Of a DNA stretch of 58,555 bases, positions 1 to 12,715 are shown piece after piece. The notes below the pieces were generated by a model. The model saw only the letters and a program-made list of their open reading frames with translations. It had not been told where the DNA came from and ran no database searches. The stretch is from Octopus bimaculoides (Eukaryota). Location: positions 52,235,226-52,293,780 of the forward strand of contig NC_068986.1 of the NCBI RefSeq assembly GCF_001194135.2. The letters are read 5' to 3'. How positions within the stretch are numbered: the first letter of the stretch is position 1; every line of letters begins with the position of its first letter. The position numbers and the translations under genes were made by a program.

Positions 1-107
<107 letters not shown>

Positions 108-108
108 T

Positions 109-1041
109 CCCTTTATCACAGGTTTTGTTGGAGTTCCTGGTGTCTTGCATGCGTAGCGGGCTTACTACCTGCAGCCTACGGCACCATGTTATACGTTCTT
201 TTCAGCCATCTAATACTTTCCTGATTATTCTGACCGTGCTAAAGAAGCAAACCTTTTGTAACAGTTCTACTGGGAACTCTGTTCGAATTTCCTTTATATT
301 CCTCTCAATACTTTCTGATACTGTTCCCAAGGACCCAACAATAATTGAGACTATCTTCACCTTCTTCATTTTCCATAGCCGATCTATTTTGTACTTAAGG
401 GGTTAGTATCTATCTATCTTTTCGCCTTCCTTCTTGAATATTCCTGTGTCAAAGGGGCATGCAACGTCAACTATATAGCATATGTGATGCACATTGTCCA
501 CCACCACTAGGTCCTGTCTGTTATGCTGTAGCACCTAATCTGTTTGAACTCGGAAATCCCAGAGAATTTTGCTAGTCTCAGACTCTCTGCGGTTTGTGCT
601 CATACAACGTCTTGCATCTTTCTAACCCCATTTTTTGCACAGTTTCCAGTGCAGCACTTTCGCTACTTGGTCGTGTCGGCACAACTTATAATGGTTTGGG
701 GCAAGTCTAGGGCATTCGTTCGTGATATGGGCAATGGTTACATCCACTCTATTGCCATGCCCACGATGCTTATCCTTAACGTCTTGTGTATTTCAAACTG
801 CAGATACGTTCTCATTTCAGGTTTTCTTTTCTCTTCCCAGCTCTTTGTTTAAACTCTTCCTTGCTTGTCATTTCATTTGCATTTACACCCATATCTTTTG
901 CGGCATATTATAGCAAGTCTACATCACTATTTATCAACTACTCGGCAAGCGTTCTCCTTTCACTCCTTATACAATGGTCTATACTAATTAGTCCTCTGCT
1001 ACTACTCTTTCTTTTCATATACAGTCTGTATACGTAAACAG
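109..1041 (-). mobile_element. 5'-truncated, decayed R4/Dong-clade non-LTR retrotransposon (post-RT domain, zinc-knuckle remnant, RLE endonuclease, 3'UTR)
   Basis: Manual minus-strand translation: YRLYMKRKSSSRGLISIDHCIRSERRTLAE...TIAHITNECPRLAPNHYKLCRHDQVAKVLHWKLCKKWG...KILWDFRVQTD*VLQHNRQDLVVVD...IVDVACPFD...EKIDRY*PLKYKIDRLWKMKKVKIVSIIVGSLGTVS...ELLQKVCFFSTVRIIRKVLDG* (stop at 202-204). This carries the RHD, (R)PD-like, D-x-A-x-P and K..Y RLE motifs. In-frame stops and an internal deletion are present. (TAA)n flanks both ends on the element strand. Confidence 0.9.
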
Positions 1042-1067
1042 ATTATTATTATTATTATCATCATTAC

Positions 1068-1117
<50 letters not shown>
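1042..1117. repeat. (ATT)n microsatellite
   Basis: Direct reading. Confidence 0.95.
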
Positions 1118-1232
1118 GGTAGTTTTATTTTTATAACGTGCTTTCACTTCACTACCGAGCGCAGCTCTGTGCGCCTTGGGTATGTGCTGTGGTTTGCTGT
1201 GGTGCTCTTATGTTTACTGTATTGAAAGTGTT
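1118..1232 (-). mobile_element. Short 3'-terminal fragment of a probable second R4/Dong-type LINE family
   Basis: Minus strand reads ACA CTT TCA ATA CAG TAA (TLSIQ*), then about 95 nt of UTR ending directly in (TAA)n. ATT tracts lie on both sides. Family assignment is from recollection and architecture only. Confidence 0.5.
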
Positions 1233-1251
1233 ATGATTATTATCATTATTA

Positions 1252-1291
<40 letters not shown>

Positions 1292-1325
1292 CATTATTAT
1301 CATCATCATCGTCATCATCATCATC

Positions 1326-1490
1326 GGTATTTCGCTTGTGTATACGTTCTGACTTCAAATTCTGCAGAGGCCGCCTTTGCCTTGCATCCTTTCGGGGCCG
1401 ATAAATTAAGTACCAGTTGCGTACTGGAGACGATCTAATTGACTGGCCCTTCCGAAAATTTCAGGTCTTGTTTCTATAGTAGGAAGGATT
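1326..1490 (+). mobile_element. tRNA-derived SINE (family A), 5'-truncated, tail type 1 ending in (ATT)n
   Basis: B-box-like ttctgacttcaaattc, central tttgccttgcatcctttcggggccgataaattaagtaccag, tail ggtcttgtttctatagtaggaaggattatt. Matches many other copies in this window. Confidence 0.9.
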
Positions 1491-1497
1491 ATTATTA

Positions 1498-1558
<61 letters not shown>

Positions 1559-1561
1559 ATT

Positions 1562-1710
1562 TTTACGTTTTGAGTTCCTATTCCGCCCAGTTCCACTTTG
1601 CCTTTCATCCTTTCGGGTCGACGAAATTGGTACCAGTGGAAAACGGGGTCGATGCAATTGACTAGACCCTTATCTCAACAATTGCAGGCCTTGTGCTTAT
1701 AGTAGAAAGT
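1562..1710 (+). mobile_element. SINE family A, 5'-truncated
   Basis: tttgcctttcatcctttcgggtcgacgaaattggtaccag...gccttgtgcttatagtagaaag. Confidence 0.85.
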
Positions 1711-1740
1711 TGATTTGTTTGACTAAACCCTTCAGGCACA

Positions 1741-1883
1741 TGACTAATTTTAACAGTAAAATAAAGCAGATATCAGTGAATTACAGGTTAATATGAAACA
1801 GATATCATTGAACGTAGTGAAGCAGGGTAGTTTTAATTGTTGGGTCTTATACAAAATTAAGATGTAAAGTTGTATGCATCATA
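1741..1883. repeat. Dispersed repeat shared with 5495-5606, inserted in a SINE-B-type tail
   Basis: tgactaattttaacagtaa...tatgaaacagatatcattgaacg...ttgtatgcatcatat aligns by eye with 5495-5606. This copy has an internal duplication of about 30 bp. Confidence 0.75.
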
Positions 1884-2499
1884 TGATACTGGTGAATGGC
1901 TGCAATCCAATGACCGAAACAAGTAAAACACAAGAGACAATATCAAGCAGTAAATAAATATAATATAATAAAAATCTATATAAAACAAGAAAACTTGTTT
2001 AAATACTATCAAATGTGATGAATTCCACCAAATGAAACCATCGAATTCAATTCCTATCATTTGTATTAGCGTATTTAGTATCGATTTCAGTGAAAACCTG
2101 TAGTTAAATTACAGAAGGATCTAATCCAGTCTCGATGGGAAAACGAGATTTATTTTTCTTATATGTTGCATGTTTGATTTTTATTTCTTTTCTTTGTTTT
2201 TTGTATCTTGTTGTAGTTTCATCTTCATTAAGCTATCTACTTAGTTTCTGTCCTAACATGAAAGGAATTTTTTGCAGGACTAAATTAAAATTAACCCACG
2301 ACTACTTTTTATTCCGAAAAGAAGATAACACAAAACGATCAAACAAAGGAAAAAATGTAAACTGAAGACGGATGAGAATATGATTAGGCAGGAAGAAGAG
2401 GTGGGTGAGAGTTGGGGTAAGAATGAGATGACGATGATGGAAGGAAGAGGGAAAGAAAAAGAAGAGAGGAAGGAAAATGTGGAGGAGTGGGAATGGAAG

Positions 2500-2965
2500 G
2501 AGATGGAGATGGAGATTGTAAAATTGCTGTTTCTGTTGTTGTTGTCGTCGTCGTTGTCGTTGTTGTTGTCGTCGTCGTTGTCGTTGTTGTTGTTGTTGTT
2601 GTTCGTGGTGGTGGTGGTGAAATTAATGATGATCATGATGATTTTGATTTACAGGAAGTGCATGATGGTGGTGGTGGTAGTGGTGATGATGAGGATGACA
2701 ACGAGACGATGATGATTGTGGTGGTGAAATAATGAGAAATAAATGAAGCAGTGGAAAGAAGGGCAGAAATAGGAAGAATCTGATATAGAAAACAAGGAAG
2801 GCGGAGGATGATGACGGCAACGGTGGTGGTGGTGATAATGATGATGATGATGATTATAACGATGATGATGATGGACAATGCTGATGACGATGATGATGAT
2901 GATTACGATGATGACAACGACAACGATGGCGATGATGACGACGATATGGCGGACGGCGGTGGCGA
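2500..2965. repeat. Compound trinucleotide low-complexity tract (GTT/GTC, GGT, GAT/GAC)
   Basis: Direct reading. It generates the poly-V/D/N ORFs in the track. Confidence 0.9.
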
Positions 2966-3411
2966 TAGAGAAAAGGAGAAAAATTAATAAAACATTATAA
3001 GATTAAGAAATAAATACTAGAAAAAAAAAATCGTATTTCCATGTTTTTTTTACGAGAAAATATTTGAACGATTTTCATCGCCAATCACAGACCAATTGGC
3101 CAATATCCTGTGGTTTTATTTAATATACGTCATTTTGGTAAACATCCCAGAAATTATAGAACATAACCTACATGATAAAAATGGTAGCAATATCAATTAT
3201 ATTTTGTAGAGGAATTGCAGTTGTTGCTGTTGATATTATTACTTCTGTTGTGTTAGCCCCAGAACAGCCTTAAGCAAGCTCAGTATGTATTATAATTGTA
3301 ACACCTAGATATCTGCTTAGTACCTAATATGTAACTCCTAGAATGTATCATCGTATCATTCCCTGAGGGACCTGTCTCTCGTGTCAGTTCGCAGCATCTT
3401 CCCTTCAGGCA

Positions 3412-3461
3412 TCTGTTGGTGAAGAGGAGATAACCACTTCGAAATGCATGCATCCGACAGA
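3412..3461 (+). ncRNA. Minimal type-I hammerhead ribozyme motif with a C3-to-G substitution, inside a pLTR-like repeat (about 3320-3520)
   Basis: Helix I TCTGTTG/CGACAGA (7 bp, one GU); core GTGAAGA; helix II GGAG/CTTC with a 7-nt loop; GAAA; palindromic helix III ATGCATGCAT; cleavage triplet ATC (C at 3454). Confidence 0.75.
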
Positions 3462-3866
3462 CTCGTTAGAGAAAACTGTGAACTGACTCGGTGTAGTTAC
3501 ACCAATTTGTTTACAGCCAAACATTTTGTTCATGACAAAATCTAATGGACGACTTTCTTACGGAGTTGAATATTTGAAGCATATTTGAACTAGTAAGATT
3601 GTAATTAGAACTCAGAAGATATCTGAATTATCTTTTTAAGAGAGATGTTATTTTTCATAAAACATTAACGCTTTGTCGCTTTATATAGCAACTAATTTTG
3701 ATGGCAGCATATACTATATGTTGTGTAGCTACATTTGTAAATGTCTCCGATCAGTAGTAATTTACGAGCTGACTGAGCGCTGATGCTCCATCAAAAGTGG
3801 TAAATAATCCACGATTTTCTATATGCGATATATTTGAAGTCCTATTTACAAAAAACACAACATACT

Positions 3867-4040
3867 CACAAGGCCAGCAATTACATTGACCCAATACTCA
3901 ACTGGTACTTATTTTATCGACTCCAAAAGGATGAAAGACAGAGTTGACATCGGCGGCATTTGAACTCAGAACGCAAAGGCGGACGAAATGCCACCAGGCA
4001 TTATGTCCAGCATCCTAGCGATTCTGTAAGCTCCCGCCTT
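3867..4040 (-). mobile_element. SINE family A
   Basis: Reverse complement of the family A head, B-box and central domain. Confidence 0.9.
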
Positions 4041-4074
4041 AGGTTGGGTGGAAATAATGGAAAGAGTCGGATGA

Positions 4075-4260
4075 GAGATTAAGAGAAAGAAAGAAACAAA
4101 CGAACAAAGATAGAAAGAAAGAAAGGAGGAAAGAAAGAAAGGAAGAAAGAAAGAGAAAAGAAAGAGAAAAGAAAAAAAGAAACGAAATCAGGAAGGAAGG
4201 AACACAAAAAGAAAGAAACAAAAACAAAGAAGGGAAGGAAGAAAGGAAGAAATAAATCTA
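4075..4260. repeat. GAAA/GGAA purine-rich low-complexity tract
   Basis: Direct reading. Confidence 0.85.
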
Positions 4261-5114
4261 GTCGTATGTCAATCATACTTTGTTTATATCATATGTATAT
4301 TTGAATGTTCTTTATACTTTAATTTTAAACATTTAATTTCGTATATTTTATTCAACAATATTAATATGCAGGCCTCTTTTACACGAAAAATATTCAGAGA
4401 AATTATTTCAGAACAGTAAGATTTAAAACAAGTTGCAAAAAGAAAGAATTGGGAAGTCGATAAATCAAAAAGAAAAAGGACATGCAACAAATTGTTTAAT
4501 AAAAGGACGAATGTCATAAACAATGGCCTAATAACACAGTATTAGAATATAGGTAATGGAAACAATAGGCAAAACAAAATAATGGATGTGTTCCAACGTT
4601 GTTTCATCATTGTTATAGTCTAATGACAGAATCTATAAAACAAACGCAAGAAAAAACAAAGAAATGCTTAATAAAATGTTGCGTGTTATTTTATGTCGCA
4701 TTCCATTACTGTTTCGAAGAAAAACATTTCTGATATTGATATTACTAACAAGATTTAGAAATAAAATGATAATGTTCGTCTGTCACAAGTTCAACGGAGC
4801 AAAACCGACTTCCTAAAACCGATGTTTGTAGTTCTCGTACAGGCATTGATTGATTTCTTTGTGGAAATACGTTGATATTTATTGAATTTATTGAAATACA
4901 AAATAGTTGGGATTGATATCCAGAACGATTTAGAAATAATAAGTTGATTAGCAATTATTTCTAACAAGGACACAAACATGTTTTAACTCCAATACTTGAC
5001 TATTTCATCGAGTCAGGAAGATGAATATAAAATTAGAGAAATCAGGACAACTAAATACCACAAGACTTACTGAACACTCCAGTCTGACTAACAGCTTTCC
5101 TATTATGGTAAGAT

Positions 5115-5292
5115 AATCATTCTTTCTACTATAGGCCACAGGGCCTGAAATTTTCAGGGAACTGGGTAGCCGATTACATCGAACTTATTTTATCGACCCC
5201 GAAAGGATGAAGGTCAAAGTCGACAACGGCAGAATTTGAGCTCAGAACACAAAGACAGGCGAAATGCTGCTAAACATTTTGTCCGGCGTGGT
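5115..5292 (-). mobile_element. SINE family A, tail type 1
   Basis: tctttctactataggccacagggcctgaaatt...tatcgaccccgaaaggatgaaggtcaaagtcgac...gagctcagaac. Confidence 0.9.
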
Positions 5293-5494
5293 GAAATTAA
5301 TAAATTACATTCACTTACACACACACATCCTGCTTTTTATATATACAGATTTCGTCGAACATTTTAAAATTATATATGTATCCGTCATATTCTAATGTTA
5401 TAGCTAGTGTCGATCTTCCTCTGTGAATTAGCTCCCTGACAGGCGATGTATAAACATGATTGAACAAGGGCGTCAAGTCAAAAACCTACGCAAG

Positions 5495-5606
5495 TGACTA
5501 ATTTTAGCAGTAATATGAAACAAATATCGTTGAATGCAGTGAGGCAGGATCGTTATAATTGGTGGGTCGTATAGAAACTAAAGACGTGAATTTGTATGCA
5601 TCATAT
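5495..5606. repeat. Dispersed repeat, second copy of 1741-1883
   Basis: By-eye alignment. Confidence 0.75.
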
Positions 5607-6540
5607 CAAGAAGTTAGCAACTCCTACGATAACTGATTAAATAAGCTAATATTTGGATAACTACCACTCTACCTAATAATACTGAATACTAACAAAGATT
5701 TATTACAATAAAGTCCTGCAAAAAAACGGCCGAAAACAATATACGGAGCTCATTTTGTGTGTTTAGTATTATTTTGAAATTAATTGTTTCATTTAAATCA
5801 TTTGCTGTTGTTATTGCTACTGAAGTTTGTTACATTAATGCATTCTTTATAATATTTCTGGCTTGATGACGTTTCAAATTAAAAGGAAGAACGGAAATTA
5901 TAGAATTTATATTCAAAATTTAATGTTGTTTCAATTGAATTCATGATCTAAACAGATTTGAAAGAGTGTAAAGTGTTTTGTATACATGGGTGTGTGTGTG
6001 TGTGTCTTTGTTTCTCTACTGATGATTAATTATTCATATTAGTAACTAAACCGAGTAATAGAATAGAAACATACGAGGGTTGTGAAATTAAATAAAATTC
6101 TATTTTGCTTTTGTTGCAGTTCATTATTGAAACATATTTATAGAGCTGTTTGTTTTCAATATGAAACTTTAATGAATTTTTCAAAGAAAGACTGATTTCG
6201 ATTTTGAAAAGACGATATTTTAACATTTTAAATTCATTTCCCCATATCTGCGATAGAGTAATCTGACATTACCATAAGGACAAAAATTTTCAAAGGGCCT
6301 ACAATCTATCAAATCAACCGAGAAAAGAACTTGCATTTATTTCATTAAACTTCAAAGGGATATCACGAAAAGTCAATCCATGTGAAATTTAAATTCTGAA
6401 TGTACAGAAAAAGCTAAATACTATAAACTCAATAATATTAGGCATGTTTACATTGTTTTTTACAATGTCCTTTAAATAACTACTCTAACATAGTGACGTT
6501 GAAATACTGATGCTTTTCTAGGGCATTAATGTCGTAAATG

Positions 6541-6922
6541 TGGAGGCGCAATGGCCCAGTGGTTAGGGCAGCGGACTCGCGGTCATAGGATCGCGGTTTC
6601 GATTCCCAGACCGGGCGTTGTGAGTGTTTATTGAGCGAAAACACCTAAAGCTCCACGAGGCTCAGGCATGGGATGGTGGCGGACTCTGCTGTACTCTTTC
6701 ACCACAACTTTCTCTCACTCTATCTTCCTGTTTCTGTTGTGCCTGTAATTCAAAAGGTCAGCCTTGTCACACTGTGTCACGCTGAATATCCCCGAGAACT
6801 ACGTTAAGGGTACACGTGTCTGTGGAGTGCTCAGCCACTTGCACGTTAATTTCACGAGCAGGCTGTTCCGTTGATCGGATCAACTGGAACCCTCGACGTC
6901 GTAAGTGACGGAGTGCCAACAA
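6541..6922 (+). mobile_element. Full-length tRNA-derived SINE (family C) with a 17-bp target-site duplication
   Basis: A-box tggcccagtgg, B-box ggtttcgattcc, tail gacggagtgccaacaac. TSD cattaatgtcgtaaatg (6524-6540) and catcaatgtcgtaaatg (6923-6939), one mismatch. Confidence 0.92.
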
Positions 6923-7029
6923 CATCAATGTCGTAAATGGGACGTTTGCTTCTTGCTTACCACTAATATAGCAAATATATATTGTTCCTAATTGAAAAAT
7001 ATGTCGATTCAATGAAGATACCTCTATAA

Positions 7030-7290
7030 AGTGTCTCCACCTGTTAGAAATAACAGACAAATCTCGCTCAGACCAAAAATCACCGTCTTAAAGAAGAACA
7101 AACTGGACAATGTAATCCTCGATATACATAGAAAGAACGCTGACAGTCATGGTTGGAACAAATTTTAAACACGACTGATTTGGAGGCTGAACAACATCTT
7201 ATTACCAGCAACCATTGTTGTTATTGTTGCTTGACCCAAGATCGGTGCCCATTGAACAAATTTATGATCAAAAGTCACTATATTCAGTCC
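7030..7290. mobile_element. Fragments of an old, diverged SINE-like family (family D)
   Basis: aaatctcgctcag...accgtcttaaag... resembles 19320-19500, 19500-19730, 20590-20720 and 26640-26760. The ttgcttgacccaagatc...tttatgatcaaaag segment resembles 48240-48300. Confidence 0.5.
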
Positions 7291-9096
7291 GTTTGTTTTA
7301 CAGATACTGTGTATGTAGGACTATCTTATCCAGTCTAACTCTTCCGTTTGTTAAAGGCGATAAGAAGTATTTTGAGATATCGAACTGCTATTTCATGCGC
7401 ACCGACCGACCACAACAAGCTCTTTACTTTTGCTTCATTCAATGGAAGAGTGTTTACTTGCAGGAAGCAATACTGAAATTGAATATGAAACTGGTCCTAA
7501 GTTCAGTATTAGAAAGGTTTTTATGTTGCTTTTTTAACTATAGAAGGATTTCATCTAACAAACAAAGGTAATGAAACTCACATCCATTATCTAGTTCTCT
7601 CATTTCTTTGTTCGATGAAGTGTATTCTAGAATAGCATGTAATTATAGCCAGGTAATTTTGTCAAAGAAGAATTGTGTCTCTGTTAAGAAGTCGCAACTA
7701 CGAGTTTTACTTTTCGGCCCCACTATCATAGCCTAAGGTTGAACTCATGCTTATGATAGGCTTTTCATACATGGAAACTGAGTGGAACCCCATGCAAAAT
7801 ACTGTTCCTACTCTAGTACCTATTCTAGTACAATAGACTTAATCCACTACAAGGACCTTAGTATTTTTCGCTAGCATTCGTGTTAGATTTCCAAGCCTAC
7901 AATAACTTCGACACCTTCCTTTTACCAGTCACTATCTTATGAAAACCGTCATTAAGGTTGATATTTCTCCTCTGAATAAACTCATTACAAATATAAAGCA
8001 AACCAGTGCCAGTGATAAGAAGTCGTGATCCTCTGGTCAGTAGAATGACACGACTAATGCAAACATTACATTAAAAACGATGACTCAAAGGTCGTGCAGT
8101 AAAAGGTCAACAATTTTGCATAATCAGTTGATCTGTATTGTGCACTAACTTTACAGTAACGTTATCAAGTGTCATTGACAGTAGTGAAGCAATTCATTAA
8201 ATAATTATCAGAAGAAAAAGAAGCCATCCTATACTTTTACATCTGAACAATTAAATGCAAGTCAATAGAATATAATGCTTAATAAAACATATCCGCTTTT
8301 GGCTTACCTGAGTTTAGATAACAATAACTCTACGTAGTCATCTAAACTAATACTACACGGCCTAAAAGTGATAGGATTAGAAAACTTTTGGTGACTCTAG
8401 CAAAGCACATTACATTATTGTTCTATATAGTTTTGCATTTAAGCGTTGTGAGTTCAAATCTTGCAGAAGTTGGTTTTGACTTCTTGTTATTTGTCTTCTG
8501 CAAAATCTTATTTAAGAAGTCTGAACAAATATGTTCAAAAGCATAACAGCCATGGTTATTCCAATTATTAGGGTTACTTGGGGTTACATTATCCAATGTG
8601 CAATTTGTATGGGATTTAAGTTTGTAAATATTTAACCTTTATTTCTTGCAAGTAGAAAGCCCATGTTGACTATAAGATTCCGTAAACTATCTACCAGCAT
8701 TAATTCATTACTTCAATAAATGTTTCCCTTCCTTCTCTATATTTGTTCAGTTATACCTCCTCGAAAGAAGCAAAAAAATTGGGTGGTTAATCCATAACTT
8801 GGGCTTCAATTTGTTGAAATAACCAAACATCTAAGCAATTGCTTTGCTTTGGAGAATCCAACGTATTGACAAATATGACCATATGGTACGGTATAAACTA
8901 TTTCTACCTATTATTAAATCTTTTCCATGTACATGTATTTGCTTATTAACAAATGTCACTCTGTGACTCGTTTGGGAGCTAAAGTCATATTCATTATCGA
9001 ATTTCGAAAACATGATCCAGAAGGTTTGAGCTGACGGTGTGAACATAGGATTGCTTCTTTTATATCAACGTTGGTCTTCCATCGGCACTCGCAACG

Positions 9097-9137
9097 GGTA
9101 CGAACGGGGGACGCATAAAAGCGTCCCCGTTCGTACC
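9097..9137. other. GC-rich 17-bp hairpin
   Basis: GGTACGAACGGGGGACGC-ATAAAA-GCGTCCCCGTTCGTACC (one bulged G). Confidence 0.9.
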
Positions 9138-9379
9138 TTAGATTCTACGTATTACTGGCTTGTTTGAATTGTGTGATCGATATTCGACGTTACTTGAGCA
9201 GATCATTGCATGATTACAAGTATGAGACATGCAATGCGTTTCTGGTGCCGATCTCATGTTTGTTCTAATGTTGGCAGGGCCGTTGTTCAGTATTCAACCA
9301 ATCTGTATGTTTCCTTCTAGGGTGTTTTTTTTTCCTTTACGGTATCCTAGGCAAACGGCATCAGGTTTTATTTGCTTTT

Positions 9380-9432
<53 letters not shown>

Positions 9433-10082
9433 NNNNNNNNNNNNNNNNNNNNNNNNNNNNNNNNNNNNNNNNNNNNNNNNNNNNNNNNNNNNNNNNNNNN
9501 NNNNNNNNNNNNNNNNNNNNNNNNNNNNNNNNNNNNNNNNNNNNNNNNNNNNNNNNNNNNNNNNNNNNNNNNNNNNNNNNNNNNNNNNNNNNNNNNNNNN
9601 NNNNNNNNNNNNNNNNNNNNNNNNNNNNNNNNNNNNNNNNNNNNNNNNNNNNNNNNNNNNNNNNNNNNNNNNNNNNNNNNNNNNNNNNNNNNNNNNNNNN
9701 NNNNNNNNNNNNNNNNNNNNNNNNNNNNNNNNNNNNNNNNNNNNNNNNNNNNNNNNNNNNNNNNNNNNNNNNNNNNNNNNNNNNNNNNNNNNNNNNNNNN
9801 NNNNNNNNNNNNNNNNNNNNNNNNNNNNNNNNNNNNNNNNNNNNNNNNNNNNNNNNNNNNNNNNNNNNNNNNNNNNNNNNNNNNNNNNNNNNNNNNNNNN
9901 NNNNNNNNNNNNNNNNNNNNNNNNNNNNNNNNNNNNNNNNNNNNNNNNNNNNNNNNNNNNNNNNNNNNNNNNNNNNNNNNNNNNNNNNNNNNNNNNNNNN
10001 NNNNNNNNNNNNNNNNNNNNNNNNNNNNNNNNNNNNNNNNNNNNNNNNNNNNNNNNNNNNNNNNNNNNNNNNNNNNNNNNNN
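9433..10082. other. Assembly gap (N), bordered by (CA)n
   Basis: N run. Confidence 1.
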
Positions 10083-10781
10083 GTGTAAGTGTGTGTAAGT
10101 GTGTACACACAGATAGATAGATAAATAGAAAGAGAGGGGGAGGGAGAGAGAGAGAGAGGGGGCGGGAGAGAGAGAGGGAGGGGGAGATTCCTAGCCTCGA
10201 CGAGGTTTATTGATACACATATACAACAAATAGATTCACAGGAATTCGCATGATCTTGAAGAAATTGTTTTTAAAAAATGCAGCAGACAAATTGCATTTG
10301 CTCCTGGAATATTAATTTACTGAGTGTTGATTCGTGGAAGTAATTCCGAAAATCGAGACTAAAAAATGCACTAAAAATAAACAAATGTACGTTCTAAACA
10401 AACATTCTTTAATATTTTCTGACAAAATATTTTCTTAATGTTGTAGTAATTGAGATAATTGTTCTAAATGAAATGTTTTCTCATCAGTAACTTCTTCCAA
10501 TGTCTATTCTAGTGCTTGGAGGTATTCAATATTCGTAACCATTTTTTAAGAAGCTGAAATGAAAAACATTCTACTGTTTGCAACTCTGGATAAGGTGACA
10601 TAGAGAAATAGTCCTTTGCTCTTGTTAATACAAGTCGCAAACGTAAGTGCACATCTGTCGGGATCAAAGACACTGTTGTACGTAAACATTTTTGCATTCT
10701 ATTTACACAGTGAAGCTGAGTGTGTGTATTTTAAACGTACGTACATGAACGAGCGCACGTTTCCACACACATACAAACACA

Positions 10782-10815
<34 letters not shown>

Positions 10816-12039
10816 TGCACAGACACGCGCACGCACACACTTACTCACATGATGATTCAGTACTTTAGTCTTGTATTTTTATACGCGCTGCATGTTCGTG
10901 CCTGTCATGTGCTGTGAGATACGTAAATAGAAAGTGTGTAAAAGTATAGATAACCAGTTTGTAACTGATATAGCAACAGAAAGACGACGCCCAGATGAAA
11001 GAGCAGGACACAGCAGGTAACCAGCTGATATTGATATCACTAATTAAAGAAAGTCGCTTCGGGTTAATAAGAACAGCCAAGTGTAATTAGTTTCTCAAAT
11101 TACATTACCTCAGACAAAATTTATATGAAAAAATTGATAATTTCCTTTTGCACGCTGGGTAGACTAAAGATCTGAGGTGTGCTTATTGTTCGGGTATTCT
11201 ATGTTCTGGTATAATCAAGTTACAGTTTTTCATACGCTCCATCTATTCGTATAACGATTATACCAACAGTTGTTATTATTTACGATCGCAGATTTGCTCG
11301 GATGAAGTTAACATATGATCAATGTGTAAAGCCATTGTGTATCTCGAGGACTACACTCTCCAATGTGTTGTGTGACGATAATGGGATGGTCATAGGAAGC
11401 AATGGAGCGGTGGCCAAAGGGGGGTGATGGATGTAAAAGCAACAAGATAATGGGTGGATTAGGTTAAGTTATATTTGTGAAATACAGTTGCTTTGAATTT
11501 ATTGCAGAAAGTGTGCTTGTAGTAGTGAGTGTGTGTGCGGGGGGGGGGGCAGATATGTGACGTGAGTGCCAAGTGGGTGGTATCCCAAAAGAGCTTGAGA
11601 ATCTCTGATGTAGAATGAACACATAGATCTTTTATTTGATTGCATATGTAACATCTGTAATATCCTGTGATCTATTTGAATGACTCTAATATCTGTTCTA
11701 TAGAATTAAGTTTTGTTCCTAAGTCAAGCTAAGTAATTTTGTTCAGGATTTCTCGCATGCATGTCCCAGTAACAGAGCTTCCGATTAAACGTCTTGCAAG
11801 AATTTCGTTCGTCTTCAACGTTTGTGAAAGATATAGTTTGATAAAATCTTTTTACACCCATTCAAATATGGCAACATATGAATATATAATATTCCGTCAT
11901 GCTAAAACTTCAATCATGTTTCTGCTCAAGATCAGAAATTAGTTTCCTTTGAATCTGTTACCATTGGTTTTGGGGAAAGAATAAATTTCGCTGTTTTATA
12001 TTTATCTACAGTATGAAAAGTTAAGCGAATATATAATGC

Positions 12040-12250
12040 TTTCAAATTTTGGAACAAGGCCAGCGATTTCGGGAAATGAGATAAGTCGATTAGATCTACC
12101 GCAGTAGTCAACTGGTACTTATTTTATCGACCTCGAATGATAGAAGGCAATGTCGACCTAGGCAGAGTTTGGACTCGGAACGTAAAGACGGATGAAACGA
12201 CGCTAAACATTTTATCCGGCATGCTAACGATTCTGCCAGCTTGGCGACTT
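12040..12250 (-). mobile_element. SINE family A, tail type 2
   Basis: ttcaaattttggaacaaggccagcgatttcg...actggtacttattttatcgacc...ttctgccagcttggcg. Confidence 0.9.
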
Positions 12251-12265
12251 AAAGCCAATATATAT

Positions 12266-12468
12266 TGGTTCCAAATTGTGGTACAAGGCCAGCAGTTTCG
12301 GAGGTGGGGGAAAATCGAGTACATCGACCTCACGCTCCACTGCTACTCATTTTATCAATCCCGAAAGGATGAATGACAAAGCTGACATCGGCAGAATTTG
12401 AACTCAGAACGCAAAGACGGACGGAAAACAGCTAAGTATTTTGTCTGGCGTGCTAACGATTCTGCCCA
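12266..12468 (-). mobile_element. SINE family A, tail type 2 (tandem with the previous copy)
   Basis: Same motifs, including cggcagaatttgaactcagaacg. Confidence 0.9.
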
Positions 12469-12715
12469 CATTGTATAAAACGAAATAAATGAATTTCTCA
12501 GAATCACTAGTAGCCTGTTTCTGAAGCAGCAAAGGTGAATAAAAGTATAATAAATACCATACAATATCGATTTTTGATTCATTGAATTTCTCGCTCGGTG
12601 GCATTTGTGAACAATTTCAGATTAGAATGGAAAATAATCTAAAGAATCAATTATCCAAAATTTTCCAAAAGTGTTACTCCATTAAGGAAAGAACAACAGT
12701 CTAAGAGACAAGAGA

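Noticed and set aside
2014-2045. GTGATGA-ATT-CCACCA-AAT-GAAAC motif
   Set aside because: Helices I and III do not form; likely a chance match in AT-rich DNA.
2280-2880. Overlapping ORFs rich in poly-N/D/V/L/H
   Set aside because: They are translations of trinucleotide microsatellites in several frames with no unique domain.
6541-6615. tRNA-like sequence (A and B boxes)
   Set aside because: It is the head of a SINE with a body, tail and 17-bp TSD, not a tRNA gene.
9361-10110. Long ORFs spanning N-runs (also 29710-30816, 31629-32648, 37940-38707 and 50875-51883)
   Set aside because: Their length is produced by untranslatable N gaps and flanking microsatellites.
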